Shown in pieces: positions 1-9,938 of a DNA stretch of 46,510 nt; position 1 is the first letter of the stretch, and every line of letters starts with the position of its first letter. The stretch spans positions 1 to 46,510 of the forward strand of contig JAMOQL010000136.1 of assembly GCA_027064025.1 (NCBI GenBank), given 5' to 3'. The notes under the pieces were generated by a model. The model was not told where the DNA came from. It searched no databases and saw only the letters and a list, made by a program, of their open reading frames with translations. The DNA is from Bacteroidales bacterium (lineage in GTDB: Bacteria; Bacteroidota; Bacteroidia; Bacteroidales; JAFGXI01). The translations under genes were made by a program, and so were the position numbers.

Positions 1-1484
1 GCGACATAACCTCCATCACCGCCAGAAACAGCCCAAGATGATTTTTTATTATTATCTAACATATCCAAATATGGAGAACCATTATCTTGACAGCCTCCTA
101 GAATTTCTCCTTTAGGACCACAATCTATTCCATAAAACTGAGTTACTCCATAATTCTTAATTAAGGGAGAAAAAGTATCTCCGCCATCATAACTTCCAAA
201 AACACCACCATCATTAGTAAAATAAACAGTCTGATTATTAGCATAATCTGGATGAAAAACAATATTATGTTGATCAGCATGAACGTATTTTAGGTCTGCA
301 AATTCCATCCAAAAAGAAATTTGCTCAAAAGCATTTGCTTCTGACCATGTCCATAAATCTACACCCCCCATAATTACCTTACCTGGATCATCTGGATATA
401 CAGCAATAATATTATCATAAGACCCTTGACTATTAGATCCAAAAGGATTTACACTTGGACTTTGTTGTGCAACAAGCGCTTCCCACGTTTCTCCTGCATC
501 TTTAGATTGATACAACTGAAAATACTTATCGTATTGGTAATATGAACAAAAAGCATACACATAGTTTAAATCTGAAGGAGCAACGGCTAATTCTATTCTA
601 TTAAATCCAGAATCTAAACCAGGAATTGTATATTCACTTCCTCCATTTTTTATAGTATAAATATGTGAAGCAGTACTAAAAACAATAGTATTATTATTAG
701 CAATCTTTACATCCACAATATTAGATTTTGTTGAAAGTGTTTCCCATGTATCTCCTTTGGTCGTCGATATAAAAAGTCCATTATTTGTTGCTGCATATAA
801 ACTATTTGTAGCAGGATCTATTATTAACTCATTTACATAATCAAAATTTAAAGCATTATCGGTAGACGGTAAAACATCGAAAGTAATTCCATCTGAGGAT
901 TTCCAAATACCAGATCCTGTAAACCCTGTTGATGTACTATTTATACCACTCAAACCTGCAAAATATTCACCAGTACCCACGTATATATTTCCTTCATTAT
1001 CTTGGCACATTGCAGAAATTGCAATATTCCCCATATCTGATTGATCTACAGGAACCCAAGATTGCCCTCCTGTTGTAGACTTCCATATACCACCAGCAAC
1101 TCCACCAGACCATAATGTAGTATTATCTCTATTATCTATTAAGAAAGCTCTTGTCCTTCCTCCAACATCATCTGGCCCAACAAATTGCCAGTTCATATTA
1201 TCTTCCGAAACATTCTTATTCTGTTCCGATTGCTCAACAGATTGTTTTGCTAAATCTAAATCTTTTCTTGTGATTGTCCCTGTGGCAGGATTCACTCTTC
1301 TTTCAGAAATCCACTCCGCTGCACCTCTAGCAGAATAATCACTTTCGTTAGCGTTTATTCCGCTTCTCACTTTATACGTGTTTGCAACCGAATTTCCGTC
1401 ATTAACATCATTTAATAAAAGGATTGACAACCCACCGAAGATTGCAACAGCCATAAAGCTTAATAGTAATTGTTTAGTTTTCAT
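1..1484 (-). CDS. Partial (runs off the window start) exported BNR/Asp-box beta-propeller protein, VPS10/GH74-like, possibly a T9SS cargo
   Basis: Not in the ORF track. Segments translated by hand from the ATG at 1484: MKTKQLLLSFMAVAIFGGLSILL..., WQFVGPDDVGGRTRA, Asp-boxes WKSTTGGQSW, FISTTKGDTW, YQSKDAGETW, FGSYDGGDTF, plus YVHADQH and GGCQDNGS. Confidence 0.85.
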   Translation of the reverse strand, partial: MKTKQLLLSFMAVAIFGGLSILLLNDVNDGNSVANTYKVRSGINANESDYSARGAAEWISERRVNPATGTITRKDLDLAKQSVEQSEQNKNVSEDNMNWQFVGPDDVGGRTRAFLIDNRDNTTLWSGGVAGGIWKSTTGGQSWVPVDQSDMGNIAISAMCQDNEGNIYVGTGEYFAGLSGINSTSTGFTGSGIWKSSDGITFDVLPSTDNALNFDYVNELIIDPATNSLYAATNNGLFISTTKGDTWETLSTKSNIVDVKIANNNTIVFSTASHIYTIKNGGSEYTIPGLDSGFNRIELAVAPSDLNYVYAFCSYYQYDKYFQLYQSKDAGETWEALVAQQSPSVNPFGSNSQGSYDNIIAVYPDDPGKVIMGGVDLWTWSEANAFEQISFWMEFADLKYVHADQHNIVFHPDYANNQTVYFTNDGGVFGSYDGGDTFSPLIKNYGVTQFYGIDCGPKGEILGGCQDNGSPYLDMLDNNKKSSWAVSGGDGGYV

Positions 1485-1657
1485 ATAAATAAGATTACTA
1501 AGTAAATTTATTTTAACATTTTTTATGAAAAGGCAATATACGAATATTTTTTGATAGATAAAATGTTTTTATTTAATTCTAATAATATCTTTTATATACA
1601 AAAAATAGAATATGAAAACCCTTTAATAATTAGACAGATAAATTTTATTATATATTA

Positions 1658-2500
1658 TTAAACATGCTTTTCTGCATGATAAGACGACCTTATTAAGGCC
1701 CCACTTTCGACCATAGAAAAACCTTTATCGAAAGCGATTCTTTTTAAATCTAAGAATTCTTCTTCTGGAACAAACCGTTGTACAGAAATATGGTTATTGG
1801 TTGGTTGTAAATATTGCCCAATAGTTATTATCTTACAATTTACTTCTAATAAATCATCCATTAATTGCAAAACTTCTTCTGTATCTTCACCCAAACCTAG
1901 CATAATTCCAGATTTGGTTGTAATTCCTTTCTTTTGTAAATAGTTAAGTACTTCTAGGCTTCGATTGTATTTTGCTCGAGATCGTATCTGATCTGACAAA
2001 CGTGCAACAGTTTCAAGATTGTGAGAGACGACTTCTGGCTTTACTTCAATAATCTTATCTAAAAGTTTCGTCTGCCCATCGAAATCAGGAATAAGAGTTT
2101 CCATGGTCACCTTTGGATTAAGTTCCCTAACCTTATTTACGACTTCTGCCCAGAAACCAGCTCCTTTATCATCTAAATCATCTCTATCTACAGAGGTTAG
2201 TACACAATGTTTTAGATTCATCAGCTTAACTGATTTTGCAATTCTAAGGGGTTCGTCAGGATCTGGAATTAAAGGTTTCCCTGTTTTTACGGAACAGAAT
2301 TTACAAGACCGGGTACATATGTCTCCAAGAATCATGAATGTAGAAGTTCCTAGCGACCAACATTCAGCTAGATTAGGACAATTTCCACTTTCGCAAATAG
2401 TATGTAAATTATTTTCTTTAACAATTTCCTTTGTACGAATGTATTGTTTTCCAAAAGGAATCTTAATCTTAGGTTTATTAGGATCTATTTTCCGCTTCAT
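1658..2500 (-). CDS. lipA: Lipoyl synthase (radical SAM)
   Basis: CESGNCPNLAEC auxiliary-cluster motif, CTRSCKFC radical SAM motif, HNLETV, C-terminal RSSYHA. Confidence 0.97.
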   Translation of the reverse strand: MKRKIDPNKPKIKIPFGKQYIRTKEIVKENNLHTICESGNCPNLAECWSLGTSTFMILGDICTRSCKFCSVKTGKPLIPDPDEPLRIAKSVKLMNLKHCVLTSVDRDDLDDKGAGFWAEVVNKVRELNPKVTMETLIPDFDGQTKLLDKIIEVKPEVVSHNLETVARLSDQIRSRAKYNRSLEVLNYLQKKGITTKSGIMLGLGEDTEEVLQLMDDLLEVNCKIITIGQYLQPTNNHISVQRFVPEEEFLDLKRIAFDKGFSMVESGALIRSSYHAEKHV

Positions 2501-2527
2501 TATACTCTAATTATTATTATTAAAACA

Positions 2528-2535
2528 CAAAAGTA
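2528..2535 (-). promoter_or_regulatory. Bacteroidota primary-sigma -7 element for lipA
   Basis: TACTTTTG on the minus strand matches TAnnTTTG, about 28 nt upstream of the ATG. Confidence 0.6.
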
Positions 2536-2577
2536 AAGTTTTATGAAACAGAATTCTATTAAATAGAAGGAAATATA

Positions 2578-3393
2578 TTACTGATTATTTATTCTTTGCT
2601 CTCTTTTTTTCCCAAATCGATAAGCAATGAACATTGTGAAAATATATTGTTTATTCTCGCTATATGCCATTAAAGGAAGTTGCTTATGATAGAAATCAAA
2701 TACAGTTCCAATTTCTAAAGTATTAATTGCTTTATATGTTTTATTGATATTAAAACTAAAAGCTAGTTTAATATACCCCCCAAAAACAGGTTCTAATTCG
2801 TCGAACCCTTTAAAAAATGATCCTCCACTATATATTTGACCAGGATTGAGGATCTCCTCCTTATCAAATTTTTCGGATTCAAACAAAACACGATTATCAA
2901 AATCAAATCCTTTTATAACATCAAAATAAACGGGCTTCAACATTCCTAGACTCGCTCCTAGAGTATAATAAAAGCTAATTACGATACCATTTTTTGCATA
3001 TTTCCCAAATAACTCTTTCTGCTTACCATAACCTGTTCTAAGGATTAAAAGTTGATTTAGTTTCCCATAAACAAATTTTGATTGATTAGCATATAAACTA
3101 GACATCCTTTGTTCTTTAGGGTGCTTATACCATACTAAGTCAATATCAATTAAGCGAGATCTAAATCCATCTATTCTTTTACTAAATCTAAAACCTGTAG
3201 CATAACCATTAGAATTCAGCATAAAAACTAAAGAACGAGAATCTTTGTTATAATCTAATTCATCAATTAAAGTTGATTGTGAAAAAGAACAGTAATTAAA
3301 TATTAATATAAACAACAAAACCAAGACATTACTAAAATATCTTGATTCATACTTGATTTTTAAAGTTGGTATTTTATCAAATACCTTATACAT
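2578..3393 (-). CDS. Hypothetical exported protein, probable outer-membrane beta-barrel; start uncertain
   Basis: Hydrophobic stretch ending SFS|Q, alternating amphipathic strands, KHPKE...FVYGKLN, aromatic last strand YIFTMFIAYRFG. The track start (3414) lies inside the small lipoprotein gene, so ATG 3393 or a later TTG is more likely. Confidence 0.65.
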   Translation of the reverse strand: MYKVFDKIPTLKIKYESRYFSNVLVLLFILIFNYCSFSQSTLIDELDYNKDSRSLVFMLNSNGYATGFRFSKRIDGFRSRLIDIDLVWYKHPKEQRMSSLYANQSKFVYGKLNQLLILRTGYGKQKELFGKYAKNGIVISFYYTLGASLGMLKPVYFDVIKGFDFDNRVLFESEKFDKEEILNPGQIYSGGSFFKGFDELEPVFGGYIKLAFSFNINKTYKAINTLEIGTVFDFYHKQLPLMAYSENKQYIFTMFIAYRFGKKREQRINNQ

Positions 3394-3514
3394 TTGTTGC
3401 TGTTTGCTCAACATCTATTTGACTATATGCCGCACAGTGATGAGTACTCTTACAAGATCCTAACAAAACAATAGAAAATGCAACGGCAACAACTACTATA
3501 ATCTTCTTTTTCAT
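3386..3514 (-). CDS. Small 42-aa lipoprotein (not in ORF track)
   Basis: MKKKIIVVVAVAFSIVLLGS|CKSTHHCAAYSQIDVEQTATNV*. Basic N-region, hydrophobic core, lipobox LGSC; own TAGTTTTG -7 box at 3563-3570. Confidence 0.8.
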   Translation of the reverse strand: MKKKIIVVVAVAFSIVLLGSCKSTHHCAAYSQIDVEQTATNV

Positions 3515-3562
3515 ACTAAATCTTTTTATACAAATTAATTATTGGTTTCATCTTTTGAGACA

Positions 3563-3570
3563 CAAAACTA
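3563..3570 (-). promoter_or_regulatory. -7 promoter element upstream of the small lipoprotein gene
   Basis: TAGTTTTG on the minus strand matches TAnnTTTG. Confidence 0.55.
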
Positions 3571-3617
3571 AACAATTATTCGAAAACTTCAATAATAATT
3601 TATTTTTTGTTATTTAA

Positions 3618-4535
3618 TTATCTATTACAGGCTTGAAAAATATTTTCCGTTTTCAATAATTTTCTAATTTTTTCTGTAATTTCAAAATTTTTTAACCCTC
3701 CCCATTTTGGAGCAATTAGCATATCTCTCGGAGATTCTGAGGAAAATCTTTCTAACACAATATCTGAACGAAGATGCCCTAAAAAAGAAACAACCTCTCG
3801 AACATAATCATCAACGGTAAACAAATTAAATTTTTCAGGATTCACAGAAAACTGCTTAGCCATAACTGTTCCTTTTATGATCTGAAGCTGATGTAACTTC
3901 AAAAATTCTATTGGTAATTTAGAAACTTGCTTTGCGTGTTCAATAAAATCATCTGACCCCTCTCCTTGTAGACCAATTATTAAATGTCCACCCAAGTGAA
4001 TTCCCTTATCTTTTAATAATTCATAAGCATCAATCGTATCTTGAAAAGTATGACATCGGTTAATTAGTTTTAGACTTTTATTAATAGTCGACTCTATACC
4101 TAGTTCCACAACTACATAATTCTCTTTGGCAAGTTCAGAAAGTAATTCTACAACTTTAATATTTATCGCATCAGGCCTTGTAGAAACAACTAAACCAATC
4201 ACTTTTGAATGAGATAAGGCTTGATTATACAAATCCGCCAAATGCTCAATTGTATCATAAGTATTGGTATAAGCCTGAAAGTATGCTAAATATTTCTGAG
4301 TTTTATATTTAGGTTCAAAGAAAGCAATTCCTTCTTCCAACTGTTCTCTAACAGATTTCTTAGCAGAGGTATGAGTTGGGTTAAAGGTTTCATTATTACA
4401 ATACGTACACCCCCCTCTCCCTTTACTACCATCTCTATTGGGACAAGTAAAACCACCGTCTACAGAAATCTTTTGAACTCTCTCGCCAAAAGTTTCTCGA
4501 ATATATTTACTGTATGAATTATATCGTTCTTCCAT
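3618..4535 (-). CDS. TIGR01212 / YhcC-family radical SAM protein
   Basis: GFTCPNRDG...GGCTYC, YFQAYTNTY, STRPD, ELGIES, KLHQLQIIKGT. Confidence 0.92.
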   Translation of the reverse strand: MEERYNSYSKYIRETFGERVQKISVDGGFTCPNRDGSKGRGGCTYCNNETFNPTHTSAKKSVREQLEEGIAFFEPKYKTQKYLAYFQAYTNTYDTIEHLADLYNQALSHSKVIGLVVSTRPDAINIKVVELLSELAKENYVVVELGIESTINKSLKLINRCHTFQDTIDAYELLKDKGIHLGGHLIIGLQGEGSDDFIEHAKQVSKLPIEFLKLHQLQIIKGTVMAKQFSVNPEKFNLFTVDDYVREVVSFLGHLRSDIVLERFSSESPRDMLIAPKWGGLKNFEITEKIRKLLKTENIFQACNR

Positions 4536-4546
4536 TTTGTTTCATT

Positions 4547-4581
4547 AAAAAGCCCTCCCAAATTATATGGAGAGGGCTTTT
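4547..4581 (-). terminator. Intrinsic terminator after the peptide transporter (potentially bidirectional)
   Basis: AAAAGCCCTC-CCA...TGG-A-GAGGGCTTTT hairpin with A/T tracts on both sides. Confidence 0.85.
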
Positions 4582-4601
4582 CTATATTAATATCTTAATA
4601 T

Positions 4602-6131
4602 TTATTCTGAGACTCTTTCAAGCCATTTTATCATAAAAAACATAGTAAACATTGATAATGCAGTTGCTCCTACAAATATTGTCCAAGTTGCCCAAATTGG
4701 AATAGATGTGTATAAAATAGCTCCAATAAATAGTAATTGATTACCAACCGCTGTTGCTCCTAACCACATTCCTTGCATTAACCCTTGATATTTAGGAGGT
4801 GCTACTTTCGAAACGAACGATATTCCTAAAGGAGAGATAAATAATTCAGCCACGGTCAACACAAAATATGTAAATACTAATAAGAATGGTGATACTTTTA
4901 AAGCATCGTTAAGAGGTGTTCCTCCTTCGACTGGGTTGATATCTGAGAAATTAGGCAAACCTAATGAGCCTACAGACATAATTACAAAAGCTAAAGAAGC
5001 AATACCCATACCTATAGCAATTTTTTTGGGAGTTGAAGGTTCAATTCCTCTTTTGTTAAGCCAAGCAAAAAGCCAAACAACCAATGGCGTTAAGAACACA
5101 ACAAAGAAAGGGTTCATAGCAGAGAAAGTCTCTGCAGACAAATTAAATTGACCTATTTTTAAATGAGTATAATCTCTTGCAAACATGGTCAAAGTTAATC
5201 CATTCTGATGAAATGAAAACCAAAAGAAAACAACAACACCAAATACAGCAAACAGAGCATACATTCTTTGTTTTACTTCTTTTATATCCATTTCTGTAAC
5301 TCCAGCAGCTTTATTACCTTCGGCTTTTTGTTTTGCACTTTGAGGATCTGGAAAGTGTTTTTTATTAACAACCCAAAACACAAAAGAAATAGCCATTGCT
5401 AAAATAGCAACAGCAAATGCATAATGAAACCCCGTTACAAATACTTCAAGATAACTATTTACAAATGTTCCCAAGTCTGTTACAGGGGCCTTACTGGCTG
5501 CGTCAGCCATAGTTTGTAATGTATTTGTTGCTTCAGGTGTAATTACGCCATCGGCATATGCATGGCACAGAGCTGGCAAATCCGCATTATAAACAAAATC
5601 ATGCTTTTCTAACCACCAATTCCTAACGCCAATTGCAGTAAAAGGGGCAAAAATTGCACCTACATTAATAAACATATAAAATAAAGAGAATCCTCTATCT
5701 CTCAATGATTCATATTTAGGATTATCATACATTTGCCCAACAAGTGCTTGTAAGTTTCCTTTGAATAAACCATTACCAAAAGAAATCACAAATAGAGCAA
5801 CTAATGTTAAGATTAAGAAAAAACTTTTATTCTCGGCTGTAATTGTAGAAGGGATAGACATCAAAACATAACCAAAAGACATAACTATAAGCCCTGCCAT
5901 AATAGTTGTTTTAAATTTCCCTGTTCTATCTGCTATTATTCCTCCGACTAGAGATAATACATAAATCAAGGCATAAAATACCGAGTATATGATACCTGCA
6001 TTTGAACCATCTAATCCAAATTTAGCCTGTAAAAACAATACTAGAATGGCCATCATTGTGTAGAAGCCAAAACGCTCGCCCATATTAGTCATTGCCGCTG
6101 CAATCAAACCTTTAGGATGTCCTTTAAACAT
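4602..6131 (-). CDS. POT/PTR-family proton-dependent oligopeptide MFS transporter (DtpT-like)
   Basis: GHPKGL, ERFGFY, GNGLFKGN, FYMFINVGA, ELFISPLG; many TM helices; TATCTTTG -7 box at 6167-6174. Confidence 0.93.
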   Translation of the reverse strand: MFKGHPKGLIAAAMTNMGERFGFYTMMAILVLFLQAKFGLDGSNAGIIYSVFYALIYVLSLVGGIIADRTGKFKTTIMAGLIVMSFGYVLMSIPSTITAENKSFFLILTLVALFVISFGNGLFKGNLQALVGQMYDNPKYESLRDRGFSLFYMFINVGAIFAPFTAIGVRNWWLEKHDFVYNADLPALCHAYADGVITPEATNTLQTMADAASKAPVTDLGTFVNSYLEVFVTGFHYAFAVAILAMAISFVFWVVNKKHFPDPQSAKQKAEGNKAAGVTEMDIKEVKQRMYALFAVFGVVVFFWFSFHQNGLTLTMFARDYTHLKIGQFNLSAETFSAMNPFFVVFLTPLVVWLFAWLNKRGIEPSTPKKIAIGMGIASLAFVIMSVGSLGLPNFSDINPVEGGTPLNDALKVSPFLLVFTYFVLTVAELFISPLGISFVSKVAPPKYQGLMQGMWLGATAVGNQLLFIGAILYTSIPIWATWTIFVGATALSMFTMFFMIKWLERVSE

Positions 6132-6243
6132 ATTATATATTTTAGTTTAACATTTTTTAAGAAACACAAAGATAAAAATCTTTTTGAATAATAAAAGAGA
6201 TATTACATATATCGAAAATATTTTCTGGACAGAACAAATTACT

Positions 6244-6891
6244 CTATTTCGTGAATACATATGAAATAATATTTGCCCCCATCATCAATGCTTTTAAGCG
6301 AATCTCCTCTGGATCATTATGCACTTCTGGGTCTTCCCAACCATCGCCTAGATCGCACTGATAATCATAAAAACAAACTAAACGACCTTCGTAAATAATT
6401 CCAAAGCCTTGAGCTGGTAGGCCATCGTGTTCGTGAATCTTAGGTAATCCTGTATTAAACTCATATTTGGTATGATATATTGGATACGAAAAGGGTAATT
6501 CTACAAATTTGAGTTTAGGAAAAACTTTCTTCATTTCTCTACGGATATATTTGTCTAAACCATAATTATCAGAAATATGAAGAAACCCTCCTGCAATTAA
6601 ATAATTCCTAAGATTTAAGGCTTCAGATTCGGAAAAAATAACGTTACCGTGTCCTGTCATATGTACAAAAGGGAAGTCGAACAAATCAGGACTTCCAACT
6701 TCAACCGTTTCGGGCTCTTGGTCAATATTTGTATAAAGATTATTATTACAGAATCTAATTAAATTAGGTAAAGATGTAGGATTAGCATACCAATCGCCAC
6801 CACCATTATATTTTAGCAAACCCAACTTTACGGTGGTCTCTTGAGCAAGAGCCACATTTAAACTTAATAATATAATTATTAATATCCTCAC
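6244..6891 (-). CDS. DUF4159-family exported protein
   Basis: Signal peptide ALA|Q; KYNGGGDWYANPTSLPNL, HMTGHG, GGFLHISDNYG, DLGDGWED. Confidence 0.85.
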   Translation of the reverse strand: MRILIIILLSLNVALAQETTVKLGLLKYNGGGDWYANPTSLPNLIRFCNNNLYTNIDQEPETVEVGSPDLFDFPFVHMTGHGNVIFSESEALNLRNYLIAGGFLHISDNYGLDKYIRREMKKVFPKLKFVELPFSYPIYHTKYEFNTGLPKIHEHDGLPAQGFGIIYEGRLVCFYDYQCDLGDGWEDPEVHNDPEEIRLKALMMGANIISYVFTK

Positions 6892-7331
6892 TTATATATT
6901 TCTTCTTTTAACTTTTCAAAGTTAGCTTTTATTTTCTGAGTGGATTGATAACCCATCGAATTAAATAATATTTCTACCGTTTGTTCTTTAGCTTTAATAA
7001 AAACTTTTGTTGGCTTTACTTCTATTGATTCAATTTTTGAATAGTGAATAAGAGTTGGGTTCTTAAAATATGAATTTCGAAATCTAATATGTTCATCTGT
7101 GAATTGAACAAAAAGTTGGAATATCTCTTTTTCTGGAAATAAACTTGGTAGAGATATGATTAATACAAATGGTATTTGCAATAGTACAAACCAAAAACCA
7201 TATCCATCTTGCTGCCTATTATTAAAGGAATAAACAAACAGCAAAAAAAATACTATTCCCAAAACATAAGGAATTCTATATTTTGATTTTACGGGTTTAA
7301 TAAAACCTAAAAGTATTTTACTATTTTTCAT
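6888..7331 (-). CDS. Hypothetical membrane protein (2 TM plus small soluble domain)
   Basis: 147-aa ORF with two hydrophobic helices, 4-nt overlap with the next gene, TATTTTTG -7 box upstream. Confidence 0.65.
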   Translation of the reverse strand: MKNSKILLGFIKPVKSKYRIPYVLGIVFFLLFVYSFNNRQQDGYGFWFVLLQIPFVLIISLPSLFPEKEIFQLFVQFTDEHIRFRNSYFKNPTLIHYSKIESIEVKPTKVFIKAKEQTVEILFNSMGYQSTQKIKANFEKLKEEIYK

Positions 7332-7486
7332 TATTGCTTATTTATTTCATTATTTGACGCTCTAAACTAAAGTTTAATATCAGAATAACTAATACAAAAA
7401 TATTTATTAAAAGTGAATAAGTTGAAACATAAACGATCTTTTTTAAAATCAAGGGATGAAATTTCGAAATTTTGAGGTTTCATCTT

Positions 7487-8188
7487 TTATTCATTAATAA
7501 ATGCTACCGACTGTACCGATGCAACTCCAGCCGTTTCGGTTCGCAATCTATAAGCCCCTAAGCTAAGAGGATAAATCCCCATTTTTTTTGAATGCTCAAT
7601 TTCTTCCATAGTAAAATCGCCCTCTGGTCCTATCATAATTAAAACGCGTTGTTTTACCGAAACCAATTGCTTTAAAGAATACTTATGTGTATCGTAACAA
7701 TGTGCCATAAGTTTTTTATCATAATCTAAATCCTGATTTAAGAAATTTTCAAGACTTGTTAAATCGTTTAATTTTGGATGAAAAGCTTTATGTGATTGTT
7801 TCATTGCAGACTCTATCACTTTCCTATAGCGATCTACTTTTATCTTAGTTCGTTCAGAATTTTTGGTCAATAAAGGCGTAATTTCATCAATCCCAATTTC
7901 TGTTGCTTTTTCGAGAAACCATTCAAACCTATCATTACTTTTTGTTGGTGAGATAGCTACATGCAGATAATAATCGTGTTTCTTTTGATATTCTTTTTTT
8001 AAAATATTTACAGAACAATACTTACTAGAAACTTCTGAGATCTCTGCATCGTAAAAATATCCGTTTCCATCAGTCAAAAATAATCTATCTCCTACCTTTA
8101 GTCTGAGAACCTTAGCTATATGTCTACTTTCTTGCTGGTCGAAAGTAAAATTTGGAGATTTAATATTTTGGGCATAAAATAATCGCAT
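7487..8188 (-). CDS. rsmE: 16S rRNA m3U1498 methyltransferase
   Basis: HIAKVLRL, EKATEIG, IGPEGDF, LRTETAG. Confidence 0.95.
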   Translation of the reverse strand: MRLFYAQNIKSPNFTFDQQESRHIAKVLRLKVGDRLFLTDGNGYFYDAEISEVSSKYCSVNILKKEYQKKHDYYLHVAISPTKSNDRFEWFLEKATEIGIDEITPLLTKNSERTKIKVDRYRKVIESAMKQSHKAFHPKLNDLTSLENFLNQDLDYDKKLMAHCYDTHKYSLKQLVSVKQRVLIMIGPEGDFTMEEIEHSKKMGIYPLSLGAYRLRTETAGVASVQSVAFINE

Positions 8189-8309
8189 AATATGATATTA
8201 AATATAAAATGGTAAAGTTATTAAAAAATCACTCATATATCGTTCTAGAATTAACGCATTAAAGAAAGAATCTTTACTTTTGATTTTTATTAAGTAAAAC
8301 AACAGTTTC

Positions 8310-8801
8310 TTGAAGATAGGACTCCTTTCCGATACCCATTCGTATATTGACAATAAAGTTTTAAATTTTTTTAAAGATTGTGACGAAATATGGCACGCAG
8401 GCGATATTGGCGATATATCTGTTTTAAATTCTTTAGAATCTTGTACCAAAACCCGTGCTGTCTATGGCAATATCGATAATCATGAAACACGTATTATTGT
8501 TCCTGAGTTTCAAATTTTTAGCATTGGAAATTATAAAGTCTTAATGACCCATATTGGAGGTTACCCCAAAAGATATGCTTCCTCAATTAAAACTTTGTTA
8601 AAGAAAGAAAAGCCTCAATTATTTATTTCTGGACATTCGCATATTCTTAAAGTCATTAACGACAATGAATTAAACCTGCTTCATATCAATCCAGGAGCTT
8701 ATGGGAAATCAGGTTTTCATAAAGTAAGGACTGCTGTACGTTTTGTCATCGAAGATGATACAATTTCAAATTTTGAGATTCTTGAAATAAATAGAAAATA
8801 A
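8310..8801 (+). CDS. YfcE/MJ0936-like metallophosphoesterase
   Basis: LSDTH, HAGD, GNID, GHSH, NPG motifs; TTG start. Confidence 0.92.
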   Translation: MKIGLLSDTHSYIDNKVLNFFKDCDEIWHAGDIGDISVLNSLESCTKTRAVYGNIDNHETRIIVPEFQIFSIGNYKVLMTHIGGYPKRYASSIKTLLKKEKPQLFISGHSHILKVINDNELNLLHINPGAYGKSGFHKVRTAVRFVIEDDTISNFEILEINRK

Positions 8802-8802
8802 C

Positions 8803-8832
8803 AAAAAAGAGCCCAACAAATTGTTGAGCTCT
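8803..8832 (-). terminator. Intrinsic terminator of the exbB-exbD operon
   Basis: Minus strand AGAGCTCAACAA-T-TTGTTGGGCTCT followed by a T run, between convergent genes. Confidence 0.8.
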
Positions 8833-8854
8833 ATCTATAATATTCATTCTCATT

Positions 8855-9322
8855 TTACTCTACCTTTTTCTTGGCCGAATAATTTATTTTCAATGCATTT
8901 GCATCTCTAAGCGCTTGCTTTATTTCTGTAACAATTCCCATTTTAACATCGGAATCAACCTTAAGCGATGTCGTCATGTATGGTACTTCGTTTTCATCTC
9001 TTGCCTCACGCTCACTTAAAATAAACTGATCAATATCAGATACTTTAGCAAAACCATCATTTAGTTGGATTCTAGGTTCTGTACCCATTATTTTTCTAAA
9101 TTGCTTTTTGGGCTCACCAACATAAATGTAACTTACCAAAGACTTCTTCTCTAATTTTTTTAGTTCTGTAGCCTTGGGCACATGATTGGTCACTTTTAAA
9201 TCAGCAGATCTCATTACAGTAGTTACCATAAAGAAAAATAGTAACATAAATACGATATCTGGTAATGATGCCGTTGAAATAGCAGGCATTCCACCTTTTC
9301 CTTTCCTTCCGAATTTTGCCAT
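8855..9322 (-). CDS. exbD: ExbD/TolR-family protein
   Basis: SLPDIVFMLLFFFMVTT TM with the conserved Asp; C-terminal LKVD...MGIV periplasmic domain. Confidence 0.92.
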   Translation of the reverse strand: MAKFGRKGKGGMPAISTASLPDIVFMLLFFFMVTTVMRSADLKVTNHVPKATELKKLEKKSLVSYIYVGEPKKQFRKIMGTEPRIQLNDGFAKVSDIDQFILSEREARDENEVPYMTTSLKVDSDVKMGIVTEIKQALRDANALKINYSAKKKVE

Positions 9323-9328
9323 AATATT

Positions 9329-9931
9329 TTATTTACCTATGTTTCTTGATTCTGCTTCAGAAATTCTTTGAGGATAAACTTTCCTAACAGCTTTCTGATG
9401 CTCCCTATCTAAATCGTTGTAATGCTTATGAAACTTATTCTCGGCAAAATCTTCTCTCAATTCGTTATATGCTTTTACAAGCTCATTTTGAACTGAAATA
9501 TATGCCGCATAAGAAGTCCCATTATCATTTTGTAACGAAATAATACCCTTACTAACAGGATACATTCCTAAACTAACAACAACTACTCCTTCTTTATTCT
9601 TTATCGAAATTTCTGTTTGTTTAAACTCAGGAAGATTATCTTTCTTTGCAGGATTAGCAATAAACTCCTTTGCTCTATCTTTGAGCTGAGTAATATCAAT
9701 CGGCTCACCTTTAATAGCAATTTTATCTTGACTATTAATCTGAACAACAAATACATTCCTCTCTTTAATAGGAGGAGTATCGTCTGGTTGATCTTCAACT
9801 TTAGGAGGAAGCATACGAGCCAATCCGGAATCTACATCCATTGTCGTAGCTACAAGGAAGAAAATTAATAGCATAAATGCTATATCTGCCATCGAACCTG
9901 CTGAAACTTCTGGGGTTTCTCGTCTTGCCAT
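9329..9931 (-). CDS. exbD: ExbD/TolR-family protein, long Bacteroidota variant
   Basis: SMADIAFMLLIFFLVATT TM with the conserved Asp; C-terminal YPQRISEAE. Confidence 0.92.
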   Translation of the reverse strand: MARRETPEVSAGSMADIAFMLLIFFLVATTMDVDSGLARMLPPKVEDQPDDTPPIKERNVFVVQINSQDKIAIKGEPIDITQLKDRAKEFIANPAKKDNLPEFKQTEISIKNKEGVVVVSLGMYPVSKGIISLQNDNGTSYAAYISVQNELVKAYNELREDFAENKFHKHYNDLDREHQKAVRKVYPQRISEAESRNIGK

Positions 9932-9938
9932 ACAACCT

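Noticed and set aside
1658-6131. Radical SAM + short Cys peptide + peptide transporter read as a RiPP cluster
   Set aside because: The enzymes are LipA and a TIGR01212/YhcC-family protein with no SPASM or RRE domain, the peptide has a standard lipoprotein signal and its own promoter, and the POT transporter is an importer separated by a terminator
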